DNA from: an uncultured Phycisphaerales bacterium | Lineage (GTDB): Bacteria; Planctomycetota; Phycisphaerae; Phycisphaerales; SM1A02 | Direction of reading: 5' to 3' | Assembly (NCBI GenBank): GCA_938084645.1 | Contig: CALKEP010000001.1 | Location: forward strand, 136,972 to 200,971 | DNA length: 64,000 nt | Shown here: positions 28,346 to 37,947 of the stretch, piece by piece | How the letters are laid out: every line of letters begins with the position of its first letter | Position numbering within the stretch: position 1 is the stretch's first letter | The notes under the pieces: generated by a model | Database searches by the model: none | Told to the model about the DNA's origin: nothing | The model's input: only the letters and a program-made list of their open reading frames with translations | Program-made: the position numbers and the translations under genes

Positions 28346-29869
28346 GTGAGCCACACTTCCCACACCACGGCGGCGGGACCCGGAATCGACTTCGTCGAGG
28401 CGGTCGCCCGGCTTTCGGGCGGACGCGTCCTCCTGATCGGCGACCTCATGCTCGACGAGACGATTCGCGGCGCCGCGGAACGACTCAGCCCCGACGCACC
28501 GGTTCCGGTGCTGGCGATCGACGGCGAGGAAGCCATCGATCGTCGGCCGGGCGGCACCGGCAACGTCGCCGCCTGCCTTCGAGGCCTCGAGATGGAGGTC
28601 TCGGTGGTGGGGCTCGTCGGCGACGACGACGCGGGTCGGCATCTGGCGGCCGAACTCGAGGCGATCGGGTGCGAGGTCGGGGGGGTCGTGATCGATCCAT
28701 CGCGACCCACGACGGTGAAGCGAAGCCTCGTGGGGCTTGCGCAGCATCGACACCCGCAGAAGATGTTCCGGCTCGACGTCGAGTCGCGACGGCCCGCCGA
28801 GGAAGCGGTCGTCAACCGATTGCTCGCCGCCGTCGACGCCCGGCTCGACGGTGTCGACTGCGTGTGTCTCGAGGACTACGACAAGGGGGCGTGCACGGAA
28901 GCCCTCTGCCAGGCGGTCGTGCGTCGGTGCCGGGAACGTGGACTTCCACTGCTCGTCGATCCGGCATCGATCTCCGACTACGCTCGCTACGCGGGCGCAA
29001 CCCTCGTCACTCCGAACCGCACCGAAGCCGAACGGGCGATGGATCGCCCCGGGGGGCTTCGCACCGATCTCGGCGTGGCGGTCGAGATCGCGACGGGACT
29101 CCGTTCCCGGCACGGGTTCGACGCGGTGGTCCTGACCCTCGATCGCGACGGCGCGATGCTCGCGACGGAGGATGGTTGCGTCCATCTGCCGACCGAAGCG
29201 AAGTCCGTCTACGACGTGACCGGTGCGGGGGACATGGTCCTCGCGGCGCTGGCGGCGGCCTGGTCGCACGGCCTCCGCGGTGTCGAGGGCGTCCGTCTCG
29301 CGAACCTCGCGGCGGGCATCGAGGTGGAGCTGACCGGGGCCCAGCCGGTTCCCCTCGCGGAGCTTCGGCGGGCCGCGCTGCTCGCCAGCGCCGCCGGAAT
29401 CGGAAAGACGCGACGACTCCAGCATCTTCTGCTCGAACTCGAAGTGCTCCGGCGGGATGGCCGACGAATCGTCCTGACCAACGGCTGCTTCGACGTGATT
29501 CACGCCGGGCACGTCGCCTACCTCAAGGAGGCGAAGCAGCAGGGCGACGTCCTGGTCGTCGGCATCAATGCGGACGAAAGCGTTCGAGCGCTCAAGGGGC
29601 CCGAACGGCCGATCTTCAACGAAGCCGAACGACTCGAGGTGCTCGCCGAGCTGGAATCGATCGACTACCTCGTGGTGTTCGGAGAGGAGACCGCCGAGAA
29701 TCTGATCGAGTCGATTCACCCCGACGTCTACGTGAAGGGTGGCGACTATCGCCCCGAAGCCATCACCGAGCATCCGCTGCTGGAACGACTCGGCATCGAC
29801 ATCAGGATCCTGGCCCATCGACCGGGATTGGGGTCGACTGCGATCATCGATCGCCTGCGGACGCCCTGA
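28346..29869 (+). CDS. hldE: Bifunctional heptose-7-phosphate kinase / heptose-1-phosphate adenylyltransferase
   Basis: GDLMLD, RLSPDAPVPV, DYDKG, TPNRTEA, VYDVTGAGD, then TNGCFDVIHAGH, LKGPERPI, KGGDY. Confidence 0.95.
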   Translation: MSHTSHTTAAGPGIDFVEAVARLSGGRVLLIGDLMLDETIRGAAERLSPDAPVPVLAIDGEEAIDRRPGGTGNVAACLRGLEMEVSVVGLVGDDDAGRHLAAELEAIGCEVGGVVIDPSRPTTVKRSLVGLAQHRHPQKMFRLDVESRRPAEEAVVNRLLAAVDARLDGVDCVCLEDYDKGACTEALCQAVVRRCRERGLPLLVDPASISDYARYAGATLVTPNRTEAERAMDRPGGLRTDLGVAVEIATGLRSRHGFDAVVLTLDRDGAMLATEDGCVHLPTEAKSVYDVTGAGDMVLAALAAAWSHGLRGVEGVRLANLAAGIEVELTGAQPVPLAELRRAALLASAAGIGKTRRLQHLLLELEVLRRDGRRIVLTNGCFDVIHAGHVAYLKEAKQQGDVLVVGINADESVRALKGPERPIFNEAERLEVLAELESIDYLVVFGEETAENLIESIHPDVYVKGGDYRPEAITEHPLLERLGIDIRILAHRPGLGSTAIIDRLRTP

Positions 29870-29967
29870 AGCCGGCATGTCCGAGAAAACACCATTGTGG
29901 CGACGAATCCCACCGTTGGGCGGGTTGTTGATGGCACCGGTCCCATTCGGGGGAATACTCAAGGGTC

Positions 29968-30315
29968 ATGAGACGTCGCGCCACGCTCCAGATCGGTCTC
30001 CACCTGCTCGCCGGCAGCACCCTGGTCGGTTGTGCGACCTCGGCGCCGGCCCCGCCACCACCGCCGGTGGCCGAGGTTTCGAGCCTTCTGGTCCTCCCAT
30101 CCGCGCGGCAGTCGATGCTCGCGGTCGAGACCGGCATGGTCGTGGATGATGCGATCCGATCCAGAAACCAGTCGCAGCTCGGCGGATCACCGGTTTCCGG
30201 TGCCGGGCCGATCTTCGTCTTCCGGGGCCTGCGTGACGATCAGCGGATCATCAACGGGCGGAACCAGTCGACTTTCTCGGTCCGGGTGCGAACCGGTGGA
30301 CAGTGGAGTCGATGA
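29968..30315 (+). CDS. Hypothetical small lipoprotein
   Basis: Basic N-terminus, hydrophobic stretch and lipobox LVGC. Confidence 0.6.
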   Translation: MRRRATLQIGLHLLAGSTLVGCATSAPAPPPPPVAEVSSLLVLPSARQSMLAVETGMVVDDAIRSRNQSQLGGSPVSGAGPIFVFRGLRDDQRIINGRNQSTFSVRVRTGGQWSR

Positions 30316-30377
30316 TCGGGCCCACGGACCGTCCCAGTCTCTAAGTTCATGTTTTATCAAGGCTTGCCCCTAACCTC

Positions 30378-30406
30378 TTGACATTGGAGGTGGTCGTTTC
30401 GATACT
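30378..30406 (+). promoter_or_regulatory. Candidate sigma70-type promoter of the HU gene
   Basis: TTGACA-N17-GATACT, 77 nt upstream of the ATG, with an AT-rich upstream tract. Confidence 0.65.
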
Positions 30407-30483
30407 CGATTCTGTGCGATTTCGACTCCGGGGGACGGTGTCGACTTCGCCGATGGATCAGCAACCAGTCGGAGCGTGACGGA

Positions 30484-30813
30484 ATGGCGACCTCAACCCC
30501 CAACGTGATGGGCAAGACGACGACCAAGAAGGAGATCGTCGATCGGATCGCCGCCGAGATGAACCAGCCACGGGCTGACGTGAAGCGGACGATCCAGGCC
30601 TTTCTCGACGAGGTGATCGAGGAACTCGGGCGGGGCAACCGCCTCGAGTTTCGTGACTTCGGCGTCTTCGAGATTCGTGAGCGTGCCGCCCGGCGGGCAC
30701 AGAATCCCAAGACGCTCGAACAGGTCGAGGTCCCGGCGAGAAAGACCGTGAAGTTCAAGACCGGCCGTTTGATGAAGGTCAGGGTCGACGGCGCCGAGGA
30801 CGGCGAGGGCTGA
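30484..30813 (+). CDS. HU/IHF family DNA-binding protein
   Basis: TKKEIVDRIA, LEFRDFGVF, RAARRAQNPKT, VPARKTVKFK. Confidence 0.93.
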   Translation: MATSTPNVMGKTTTKKEIVDRIAAEMNQPRADVKRTIQAFLDEVIEELGRGNRLEFRDFGVFEIRERAARRAQNPKTLEQVEVPARKTVKFKTGRLMKVRVDGAEDGEG

Positions 30814-30916
30814 TTCCGCCCCGTTCGACGGCATCTCGTCCACATCGGGTTGTGGATGAGTGGTCAGGATCCGGAGCGACTCGACGAACGCCGTGGTTCG
30901 CGGCGAGAATGGCGAC

Positions 30917-32401
30917 ATGCCCGAGTCCGAAGGAAGAAGCCGTTCCGGCAAACGAGACCGAGACGAGCGTCCCACGCTGCGGGCCGAGGAGCTGACGCGA
31001 CTCGCGGAGGCGGTCCCGCCGCACGCGCTCGACGCGGAGGTCTCGCTGCTCGGTTCGATGATTCTCGATCCGAGGGTGATCGCGGACGTGCTCGGGATCG
31101 TGAAGTCGGGGATCGACTTCCACCGCCCGGCGCACACGATCCTCTTCGATCTCATGATCGACTGCTACGACCGGACCGCGTCGCTCGACGTCGTCCAGTT
31201 GAACCAGCTGCTGATCGATCGATCGCTGCTCGACGAGGTCGGTGGCCTCGACTACCTGGTGCATCTCGCCGAGAGCGTTCCGACCGCGACCAACGCGCCC
31301 CGGTACGCCCGGATGGTGCGGGAGAAGGCGACCCTTCGAGAACTGATCGCGGCGGCGGGCGAGACGCTTCAGGACGCGCACCGGGCGGACCTCGAGGTCG
31401 CGATGGTGCTGGAGTCCGCGGAAAAGCGGATCTTCAAGATCGCCGAGCAGCGGGAACAGCAGAGTGCGAGTTCGTTGAACGTCCTGCTCGACGAGGTGAT
31501 GAAGTCCATCGAGGACGCCGACGGTTCCCGGATCGGCGGCGTGCCCTCCGGATTCGGCGAACTCGACGAGATGTTGAACGGCTTTCAGCGGGGTGAGATG
31601 CTGATCCTCGCCGCCCGTCCGTCGATGGGAAAGACCGCGTTCGCCCTCAACATCGCCGAACAGATGGCGGTCGAGGGTCATCCCGTCGCGATCTTCAGTC
31701 TGGAGATGGGCAAGCAGCAGCTGGTGCAGCGGATGCTCTGCGCCCGGGGGCGGATCGACTCGCAGCGGATGCGGCGGAGCACGCTTCGCGAGGAGGACTT
31801 CAAGCGACTGATGACCGCGTGCAACGATCTCTCGGATGCGCCGATCTTCATCGACGACACGCCGGGACTGAACCTGCTGCAGTTGCGTTCGAAGGCGCGA
31901 CGGATGAAGGACAAGCACGACATCGGCGCGATCGTCATCGACTACCTGCAGTTGATGAGCGCCGGCGGCCGTGTCGAGAGCCGGCAGCTCGAGGTCTCGG
32001 AGATCAGCCGTGGCGTGAAGGCGATGGCTCGTGAGATCGACGTGCCGGTGCTCTGCCTCAGTCAGCTCAATCGAGCCGCCGAGCAGCGAGAAGGTCACCG
32101 TCCTCGGATGAGCGATCTCCGCGAGTCGGGATCGATCGAGCAGGACGCGGACGTCGTGATGATGCTCCACCGCGAGGAGTACTACCACAAGGCCGAGCCG
32201 GAATGGGCGGAGCAGAACCCGGACAAGGCCGGTATCGCCGAGGTGATCATCGCGAAGCAGCGAAACGGTCCCACCGGCGTGGTGACGCTGGGTTGGAACG
32301 CGCAGAGCACGCGGTTCCAGGATCTCTCCTACGCCACGCCGCCGCCGGACCTTCCGGCGGGAAGCGGCGAGTGGAGCGATTCCAGTGGTATTCCGATCTG
32401 A
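30917..32401 (+). CDS. dnaB: Replicative DNA helicase
   Basis: PPHALDAEVSLLGS, AARPSMGKTAF, FSLEM, IDYLQLM, LSQLNR, SDLRESGSIEQDAD, AKQRNGPTG; no intein. Confidence 0.97.
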   Translation: MPESEGRSRSGKRDRDERPTLRAEELTRLAEAVPPHALDAEVSLLGSMILDPRVIADVLGIVKSGIDFHRPAHTILFDLMIDCYDRTASLDVVQLNQLLIDRSLLDEVGGLDYLVHLAESVPTATNAPRYARMVREKATLRELIAAAGETLQDAHRADLEVAMVLESAEKRIFKIAEQREQQSASSLNVLLDEVMKSIEDADGSRIGGVPSGFGELDEMLNGFQRGEMLILAARPSMGKTAFALNIAEQMAVEGHPVAIFSLEMGKQQLVQRMLCARGRIDSQRMRRSTLREEDFKRLMTACNDLSDAPIFIDDTPGLNLLQLRSKARRMKDKHDIGAIVIDYLQLMSAGGRVESRQLEVSEISRGVKAMAREIDVPVLCLSQLNRAAEQREGHRPRMSDLRESGSIEQDADVVMMLHREEYYHKAEPEWAEQNPDKAGIAEVIIAKQRNGPTGVVTLGWNAQSTRFQDLSYATPPPDLPAGSGEWSDSSGIPI

Positions 32402-32576
32402 TTCGGCATCAATTCAGGCCGTTCGACGTTCCAACGCCATGGGGGGTGCCGAGATACGGGCCACCTCGAATGCCGCGGGCCTGCATCCGACCTGATGCGG
32501 TGCGGTAGAGTTGGGAGAGGAAATCGGACGCCGCGGGGTGGTCCGCATCGACGCGAGGAACCCGGCTCCAGTACCG

Positions 32577-33155
32577 ATGGACGAGATCACCCCAGATCGA
32601 CTCGTGATGGTCGTCCGCTCCGCGGGCGATGGAGACGAGGCGGCGTGGCGAACGCTCGTCGAGGTCTATTCTCCGCGCGTCTTCGCGCTGGTGCGGGCCC
32701 AATGCCGTGACGAGGAACTCGCGGAAGAGATCACCCAGTCGACCTTCTGCACGATCGCGACGAAGCTCGCCGACTACGACGAGGTGGGGCGATTCGAGTC
32801 CTGGCTCATGCGGATCGCGATGAACCGGCTCCGGGACGAGATGCGTCGCCGAAAGCGGCATGCGCGGCCGGCGTCGGAGTCGACGCTGATCGGATTGGCG
32901 GGGGAGAGCGATCCACCGGATCAGGGGGGTGATGAAGGCCTGCCGGAGGGGGATCTCCGAACGGCGATCGAGGGGCTCCCCGATGCCGATCGAGAGATCC
33001 TGTATCTGCGGCATGTGGGGGGATTGAGCTTCAAACAGCTCGCAGAGGCCCTGGAGACGCCGATGGGCACGCTGTTGGCCCGGCACCACCGGGCCCTCAA
33101 GAAAGTTCGTGAGAGCCTCGAGGGCATGCATGCGGAGGACCGTGATGTCACGTGA
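32577..33155 (+). CDS. ECF RNA polymerase sigma factor
   Basis: AEEITQSTF, FESWLMRIAMN, LP..DREILYLR..GGLSFKQLAEAL..PMGT. Confidence 0.9.
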   Translation: MDEITPDRLVMVVRSAGDGDEAAWRTLVEVYSPRVFALVRAQCRDEELAEEITQSTFCTIATKLADYDEVGRFESWLMRIAMNRLRDEMRRRKRHARPASESTLIGLAGESDPPDQGGDEGLPEGDLRTAIEGLPDADREILYLRHVGGLSFKQLAEALETPMGTLLARHHRALKKVRESLEGMHAEDRDVT

Positions 33156-33287
33156 TCCCGGTGGCTATCGGACGTCCCGGCGTGATCCGCCTCCCATGTC
33201 CCCGTTTCCGACTCGAAGTCCGTTTCCATGCAATTTCGACCCCTGCCTCGCGTTCTGCATGTCGAGGCTCCCCTTGGATTCACCGTC

Positions 33288-33932
33288 ATGAACATCGAAG
33301 ACCAACCGCTCCCCGAAGGGGTTCCAGACGTCGATCGCGTCGCGGAAGATGCTGCGTCGATCCCGACGGAGCTCGTCGACCTCGATGCGAGGCTTGCGGT
33401 GGCGATGCGTCACGAGCGCGAGGTCGCCCCCGATCGGGCGGCGTCGTTGGCGTCATCGGTGTTTTCGGCTTCGGTGGGATCGCTTCCATCGGGAGGACTC
33501 CCGGTGACGACCTATCCGATCGTCAACTGGCGTCGTCGGCTCGCGGCGGGTGTGGGGCTGGCCGCTGCGGCCTCCCTCGCGATCGCCGCATGGATCGAGT
33601 TCCAGTCGACGCCGACGCCGACCCGGTCGGACGAGGCGCCTCGAATCGCCGCGACGGAGCACGACGCCGGAGTCGAGTCTCCGGCCGAGTTCGAATTCGG
33701 TTTCGAAGGCTTCGGTGACGGTGGCACGCTTCTGGTCTCCATCGACTCGCCGACGGGGCCGGAAGCCCTGCTCGCGGCGGTGATGATGGGTGGGGATGCC
33801 GAGTGGCTCGATGATGCACCTTCGGCCACTCTGGCGGTCCAGAACGTACGGCCGGTCCTCGACTCCTGGTCGATCGATGTGACCGATGTCGAGGCGGAAA
33901 TCCAGTCGATTATCGCCGGTCCGACGTCCTGA
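33288..33932 (+). CDS. Single-pass membrane protein, putative anti-sigma factor
   Basis: Directly after the ECF gene; central WRRR + GLAAAASLAIAAW TM; acidic C-terminus. Start may be 33228. Confidence 0.62.
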   Translation: MNIEDQPLPEGVPDVDRVAEDAASIPTELVDLDARLAVAMRHEREVAPDRAASLASSVFSASVGSLPSGGLPVTTYPIVNWRRRLAAGVGLAAAASLAIAAWIEFQSTPTPTRSDEAPRIAATEHDAGVESPAEFEFGFEGFGDGGTLLVSIDSPTGPEALLAAVMMGGDAEWLDDAPSATLAVQNVRPVLDSWSIDVTDVEAEIQSIIAGPTS

Positions 33933-33958
33933 CACCGCGAACGGAGTATCGTCACGTC

Positions 33959-34738
33959 GTGCTCACGCCCACGCTCAGATTGATGATCGCCGGTCTTCTG
34001 GCGCTGTCCGGTACCACGATGCTCTCCGCTCAGGATTCCGCGAGCGAGACGACCGAGGCGACCGAGAAGGCCGAACCGTCGACGGAACGTCCGCAGCGCG
34101 GACGTTCGGACGGCGGTCGGTTCGACGGGCGGCGCGGCGGCATGGCGGATCGACTGCTCGGCCGCAGCGATGGCGGTGAGTCACGCGGGCGTGGCGTGCC
34201 GCGGACGATCTCCGAGGAGGACTTCAAGCGAATCATCGAGATCGGAAAGCGGATCTCACCCGAGCTGGCCACGGCGCTCGAGGCGCAATGGATGGAGAAC
34301 CGCGAGGCCGCGATGAAATCGCTGGCCCGGAACGGTCGCCGGCTCTACGGCATGTTGATGCTCGAGCGACGGAACCCGGAACTCTTCGCCGCGAAGGTCG
34401 AGGAATTGAAGGCGCAGTTCGACCTCCGAGAAGCCGCGATGGCGTTCGGCGAAGCGCGGGACGCGGGAGACGAACCGGCCCAGCTCGCGGCGCGGGCGTC
34501 CATCGAGGCCCTGGCCGCGAAGACCGTCGACCTCGGGTTGAAGGTGCGGGCGATGGAACTGGCGGCGCTCGATCTGGCGGTGCTCGAGATGAGAGCGAAA
34601 CTCCAGGAGGAGGTCGCGTCCTCAAGCGCACGGGTGGAAGCGATGGTCGAACGACTCCTGATGCCACGCGAGGAACGTCCTCGCGCCGGCGACGCGAAGG
34701 GCCCGAAGAAGGAATCGCCCGCCGCCACGGCGGGGTGA
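33959..34738 (+). CDS. Secreted helical hypothetical protein (loosely Spy/CpxP-like)
   Basis: Signal peptide ending LSA-Q, Gly/Arg-rich linker, helical body; third gene of the ECF cluster. Confidence 0.65.
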   Translation: MLTPTLRLMIAGLLALSGTTMLSAQDSASETTEATEKAEPSTERPQRGRSDGGRFDGRRGGMADRLLGRSDGGESRGRGVPRTISEEDFKRIIEIGKRISPELATALEAQWMENREAAMKSLARNGRRLYGMLMLERRNPELFAAKVEELKAQFDLREAAMAFGEARDAGDEPAQLAARASIEALAAKTVDLGLKVRAMELAALDLAVLEMRAKLQEEVASSSARVEAMVERLLMPREERPRAGDAKGPKKESPAATAG

Positions 34739-34751
34739 ACGAATCCAACGA

Positions 34752-35780
34752 ATGCCAGACGTCGCCACCGTGCCATCCGCTGCTCCCGGAAGACCGATGG
34801 CCGCGATGGGGCGATCACGAGGCTGGGCGGGCCCGATCGGCTTCGCGGTGCTGCTGCTGGTCGGAATCGGCTGCTTCGGCACGCTCCCCTGGACCCTCGG
34901 AGGGGTTGAGTTCGCCGGCGTGGTCGAGCGTCGCTACGAGGCGGGTGACCTCGACCTCAATCTCCTTCCGCCGTCACTGATGGGACTCGACCCCGCCGAA
35001 CAGGCGAGGGTCGACGAGGTGACCGCCGCGGGTGGCTTCGTCCCGGTGCTCGCGTTCGGTACCGACGAGCTCGGCCGCGGCATGCTGGCGCGGGTGATGC
35101 TCGGTGGCGGGGTGAGCCTTGGAATCGGACTCGCCTCGGCGGTGATCGCGGTCACCATCGGAACCCTTCTCGGCGGGATCGCGGGTTTCGTCGGTGGGCG
35201 GGTCGACGCCGCGATCATGCGGGTCGTCGACATTCTCTACGGGCTTCCCTACATCCTGCTGGTCGTCCTGATCTCGGTGGCCGCCGACGGCGTGATCGCC
35301 CGGCTCGGACTCGATCCATCCTCGTCCGCCCGGCAACTGGTCAACGTCGCGACGCTGCTCGTCGCGATCGGCGGCGTCGGCTGGCTGACCACCGCCCGCG
35401 TGATCCGAGGGCAGGTGCTGAGCCTCCGGGCCCAGCCCTTCATGGAGGCCTGTCGGGCCCAGGGGATGGGGGCGGGCCGCCAGTTCTTCCGGCACCTCCT
35501 GCCGAACCTGGTCGGACCGATCGTGGTCTACGGGACCCTTGCGGTCCCGGCGGCGATTCTCTCGGAGAGTTTCCTGAGTTTCCTCGGAATCGGGGTCGAA
35601 GAGCCGCTCCCGAGCTGGGGGAACCTTGCAAGCACCGGTCTTTCCGAACTCAACACGGTCCGGAGTCGCTGGTGGCTCCTGGTCTGGCCCTGCGTCTTCA
35701 TCGCGATCACCCTCGTCAGTCTGAACCTGATCGGGGACCGGCTCAAGGCGAGGTTTGATCCAACCCACGGCTCCACGTAG
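34752..35780 (+). CDS. Peptide/nickel ABC transporter permease, DppC/OppC-like (copy 1)
   Basis: FGTDELGRG, MRVVDILYGLPY, ARVIRGQVLSL, EACRAQG (EAA loop), ESFLSFLGIG..PSWG. Confidence 0.9.
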   Translation: MPDVATVPSAAPGRPMAAMGRSRGWAGPIGFAVLLLVGIGCFGTLPWTLGGVEFAGVVERRYEAGDLDLNLLPPSLMGLDPAEQARVDEVTAAGGFVPVLAFGTDELGRGMLARVMLGGGVSLGIGLASAVIAVTIGTLLGGIAGFVGGRVDAAIMRVVDILYGLPYILLVVLISVAADGVIARLGLDPSSSARQLVNVATLLVAIGGVGWLTTARVIRGQVLSLRAQPFMEACRAQGMGAGRQFFRHLLPNLVGPIVVYGTLAVPAAILSESFLSFLGIGVEEPLPSWGNLASTGLSELNTVRSRWWLLVWPCVFIAITLVSLNLIGDRLKARFDPTHGST

Positions 35781-35860
35781 CCTGTACCGTCCGGGCCCGA
35801 TGTCCGGCCTCGTACCGAGGCGTGCCGGAAGGCCGCCGACCCCCTGGAAGCCCCCTTCAG

Positions 35861-37882
35861 ATGCAGAACCGATTCACCTTCAAGGATTCGATGCTTTTTC
35901 TCCTGGTCGGCGTGGTGGGCCTTCTGGCCTTCCTCTCGATGCAGGCGGGCGACCGCCTCTGGCGGGAGATGCAGAAGCTCGAGAGCAAGATGAGCGACAT
36001 CGAGCGATCGGGGGATGGCGGGGGATCCGCCGGCATCGATGACGTGCGTCGAGAACTGGCCGAACTGAAGACGGCCATCGCATCTCGTCCGATCAACGTG
36101 CACGTGACCGGGGTCGCAGCCTCGGGCACCGCCGCACCGGCTCCAGCCGTGGATCCGATGGGTGGAGGCGCCGCCGCCCCGGACGCGTCGGCCGACGGGG
36201 ACGTCCGCGACTCCGCCTGGGCGCGGCCCGGCGTCGAGATCGCGTGGCAGGAGATTCCCCGATTCACCACGAATCCCGAGTCGATTCCCGGCTACGCCGC
36301 TGGAGGCGAGTTCACCGAGATCTTCGGGGCGCAGCTTCCCCGAATCACGCCCTATCTCTCCGGCGACGTCTACAGCCGCCGGATTCTCGATCAGGTCGTC
36401 GAGCCGCTGGGGGCGTACAACTCCGAGACACTCGCGATCGAAGGCGTCCTCGCGGATGCCTGGCAGTTCGATCCCGACGGCATGTGGCTCCGGGTGCACC
36501 TGAACCCCCGCGCGACCTTCAGCGACGGGACGCCGGTCACCTCCGAGGACGTCCGCTGGACGGTCGAGGACTTCATCAAGAACACCCGGATCGAAGCCGA
36601 GCGATCGCGTTCGACCCTGGACATGATCGAGAAGGTCGACATCGTCGACGATCGGACGGTGGAATTCGTCTTCAACAAGGCGGTCTTCACCAACCTCGAC
36701 TACACCCTCGGGATCGCGGTGCTTCCCAAGCACGTCTACGGCGCGCTCGAGGAGTCGGAGATCAACCAGTCCACGGGACTGCTGGTGGGATCCGGTCCCT
36801 TCCGACTGGAAGTGATGGACGTCGAGAACCAGTGGTCGCCCGGCGAGGACGTCGTCGTGGTCCGGAACGAGCGGTACTGGGGTGAGAAGAAGCCGTCGCT
36901 CGCGAGCATGCGGTTCAAGGTCATCACCGAGCCCACCGCGGCGCTGGTCGGATTCCGGAACGGGGACGGCGACATGCTGACGCCGTCCTCCTCGCAGTAT
37001 GCGGAACTCCGAAAGGACAGCGATTTCCTCCGCAGCAACGCGATCTACAAGTGGGTCAACATGCGATCCGGCTACTCCTTCATCGGATGGCAGTGCGGTC
37101 GTCGAGGCGGCCCGCCGGACGGCGAGTGGACACCGTTCCACGACAAGCGGGTTCGACGTGCGATGACCATGCTCCTCGACCGCGAGCAGATGATCCGGAA
37201 CATCTACGCGGGTGTGGGCGTGGTCTCGACCGGCCCGAGCAGCCCCAGCGCCCCGAGCTCGAACCCCGACATCGAACCATGGCCGTACGACCTCGATCAG
37301 TCCAAGGCGCTTCTCAAGGAGGCGGGCTGGGAGGATCTCGATGGTGACGGCATCCTCGAGTATCAGAACGACGACGAGTACTTCTCGAAGGGGACGCCCT
37401 TCAAGTTCCAGTTCACCATCACCAACTCGGGCGAGACCTCGGAGCGGATCATCAGCTACCTCGTCGCCCAGTGCTCGGAGATCGGGATCGTCTGCGAGCC
37501 GCGGGTGGTCGACTGGTCGTTCTACTCCGACATGCTCAAGCGGCGTGACTTCGACGCGATGATCATGGGTTGGAGCGCCAACGCCCCCGAGTCCGATCCG
37601 CGACAGATCTGGCACAACTCCTCGATCCTCGACCAGGGTGACAACTTCATCCAGTGGGACAGCCAGGACGCCAGCGACCTGATCGACCAGGGGCGGGGCA
37701 CCATGAGCCGCGACGAGCGGATGCTGGTCTGGCACGACTTCCACTCGGTCGTCCACGACGAGCAGCCCTACACCTTCATCCGCGTGTCGCCCTGGATCCG
37801 CTTCATCAACCGCGACGTCGGCAACGTGCAGACCTACCCCATCGGGCTGCAGCCCGGCGAGTTCTTCCGCGTCGCCGAATGA
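35861..37882 (+). CDS. Family 5 ABC substrate-binding protein (Dpp/Opp-like) with N-terminal anchor and coiled coil
   Basis: ATFSDGTPVTSEDV, GSGPFRL, RNERYWG, PFHDKRVRRAM, DEQPYTF. Confidence 0.92.
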   Translation: MQNRFTFKDSMLFLLVGVVGLLAFLSMQAGDRLWREMQKLESKMSDIERSGDGGGSAGIDDVRRELAELKTAIASRPINVHVTGVAASGTAAPAPAVDPMGGGAAAPDASADGDVRDSAWARPGVEIAWQEIPRFTTNPESIPGYAAGGEFTEIFGAQLPRITPYLSGDVYSRRILDQVVEPLGAYNSETLAIEGVLADAWQFDPDGMWLRVHLNPRATFSDGTPVTSEDVRWTVEDFIKNTRIEAERSRSTLDMIEKVDIVDDRTVEFVFNKAVFTNLDYTLGIAVLPKHVYGALEESEINQSTGLLVGSGPFRLEVMDVENQWSPGEDVVVVRNERYWGEKKPSLASMRFKVITEPTAALVGFRNGDGDMLTPSSSQYAELRKDSDFLRSNAIYKWVNMRSGYSFIGWQCGRRGGPPDGEWTPFHDKRVRRAMTMLLDREQMIRNIYAGVGVVSTGPSSPSAPSSNPDIEPWPYDLDQSKALLKEAGWEDLDGDGILEYQNDDEYFSKGTPFKFQFTITNSGETSERIISYLVAQCSEIGIVCEPRVVDWSFYSDMLKRRDFDAMIMGWSANAPESDPRQIWHNSSILDQGDNFIQWDSQDASDLIDQGRGTMSRDERMLVWHDFHSVVHDEQPYTFIRVSPWIRFINRDVGNVQTYPIGLQPGEFFRVAE

Positions 37883-37947
37883 ACCGGCACCCTTCGACCA
37901 GGCAGGAATCCACTCCGGTGACCACGACAGAAGGAACTCGCTGACCG

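Noticed and set aside
30340..30368. IHF-like site TATCAAGGCTTG upstream of the HU gene
   Set aside because: The spacing does not fit WATCAANNNNTTR; too weak to call.
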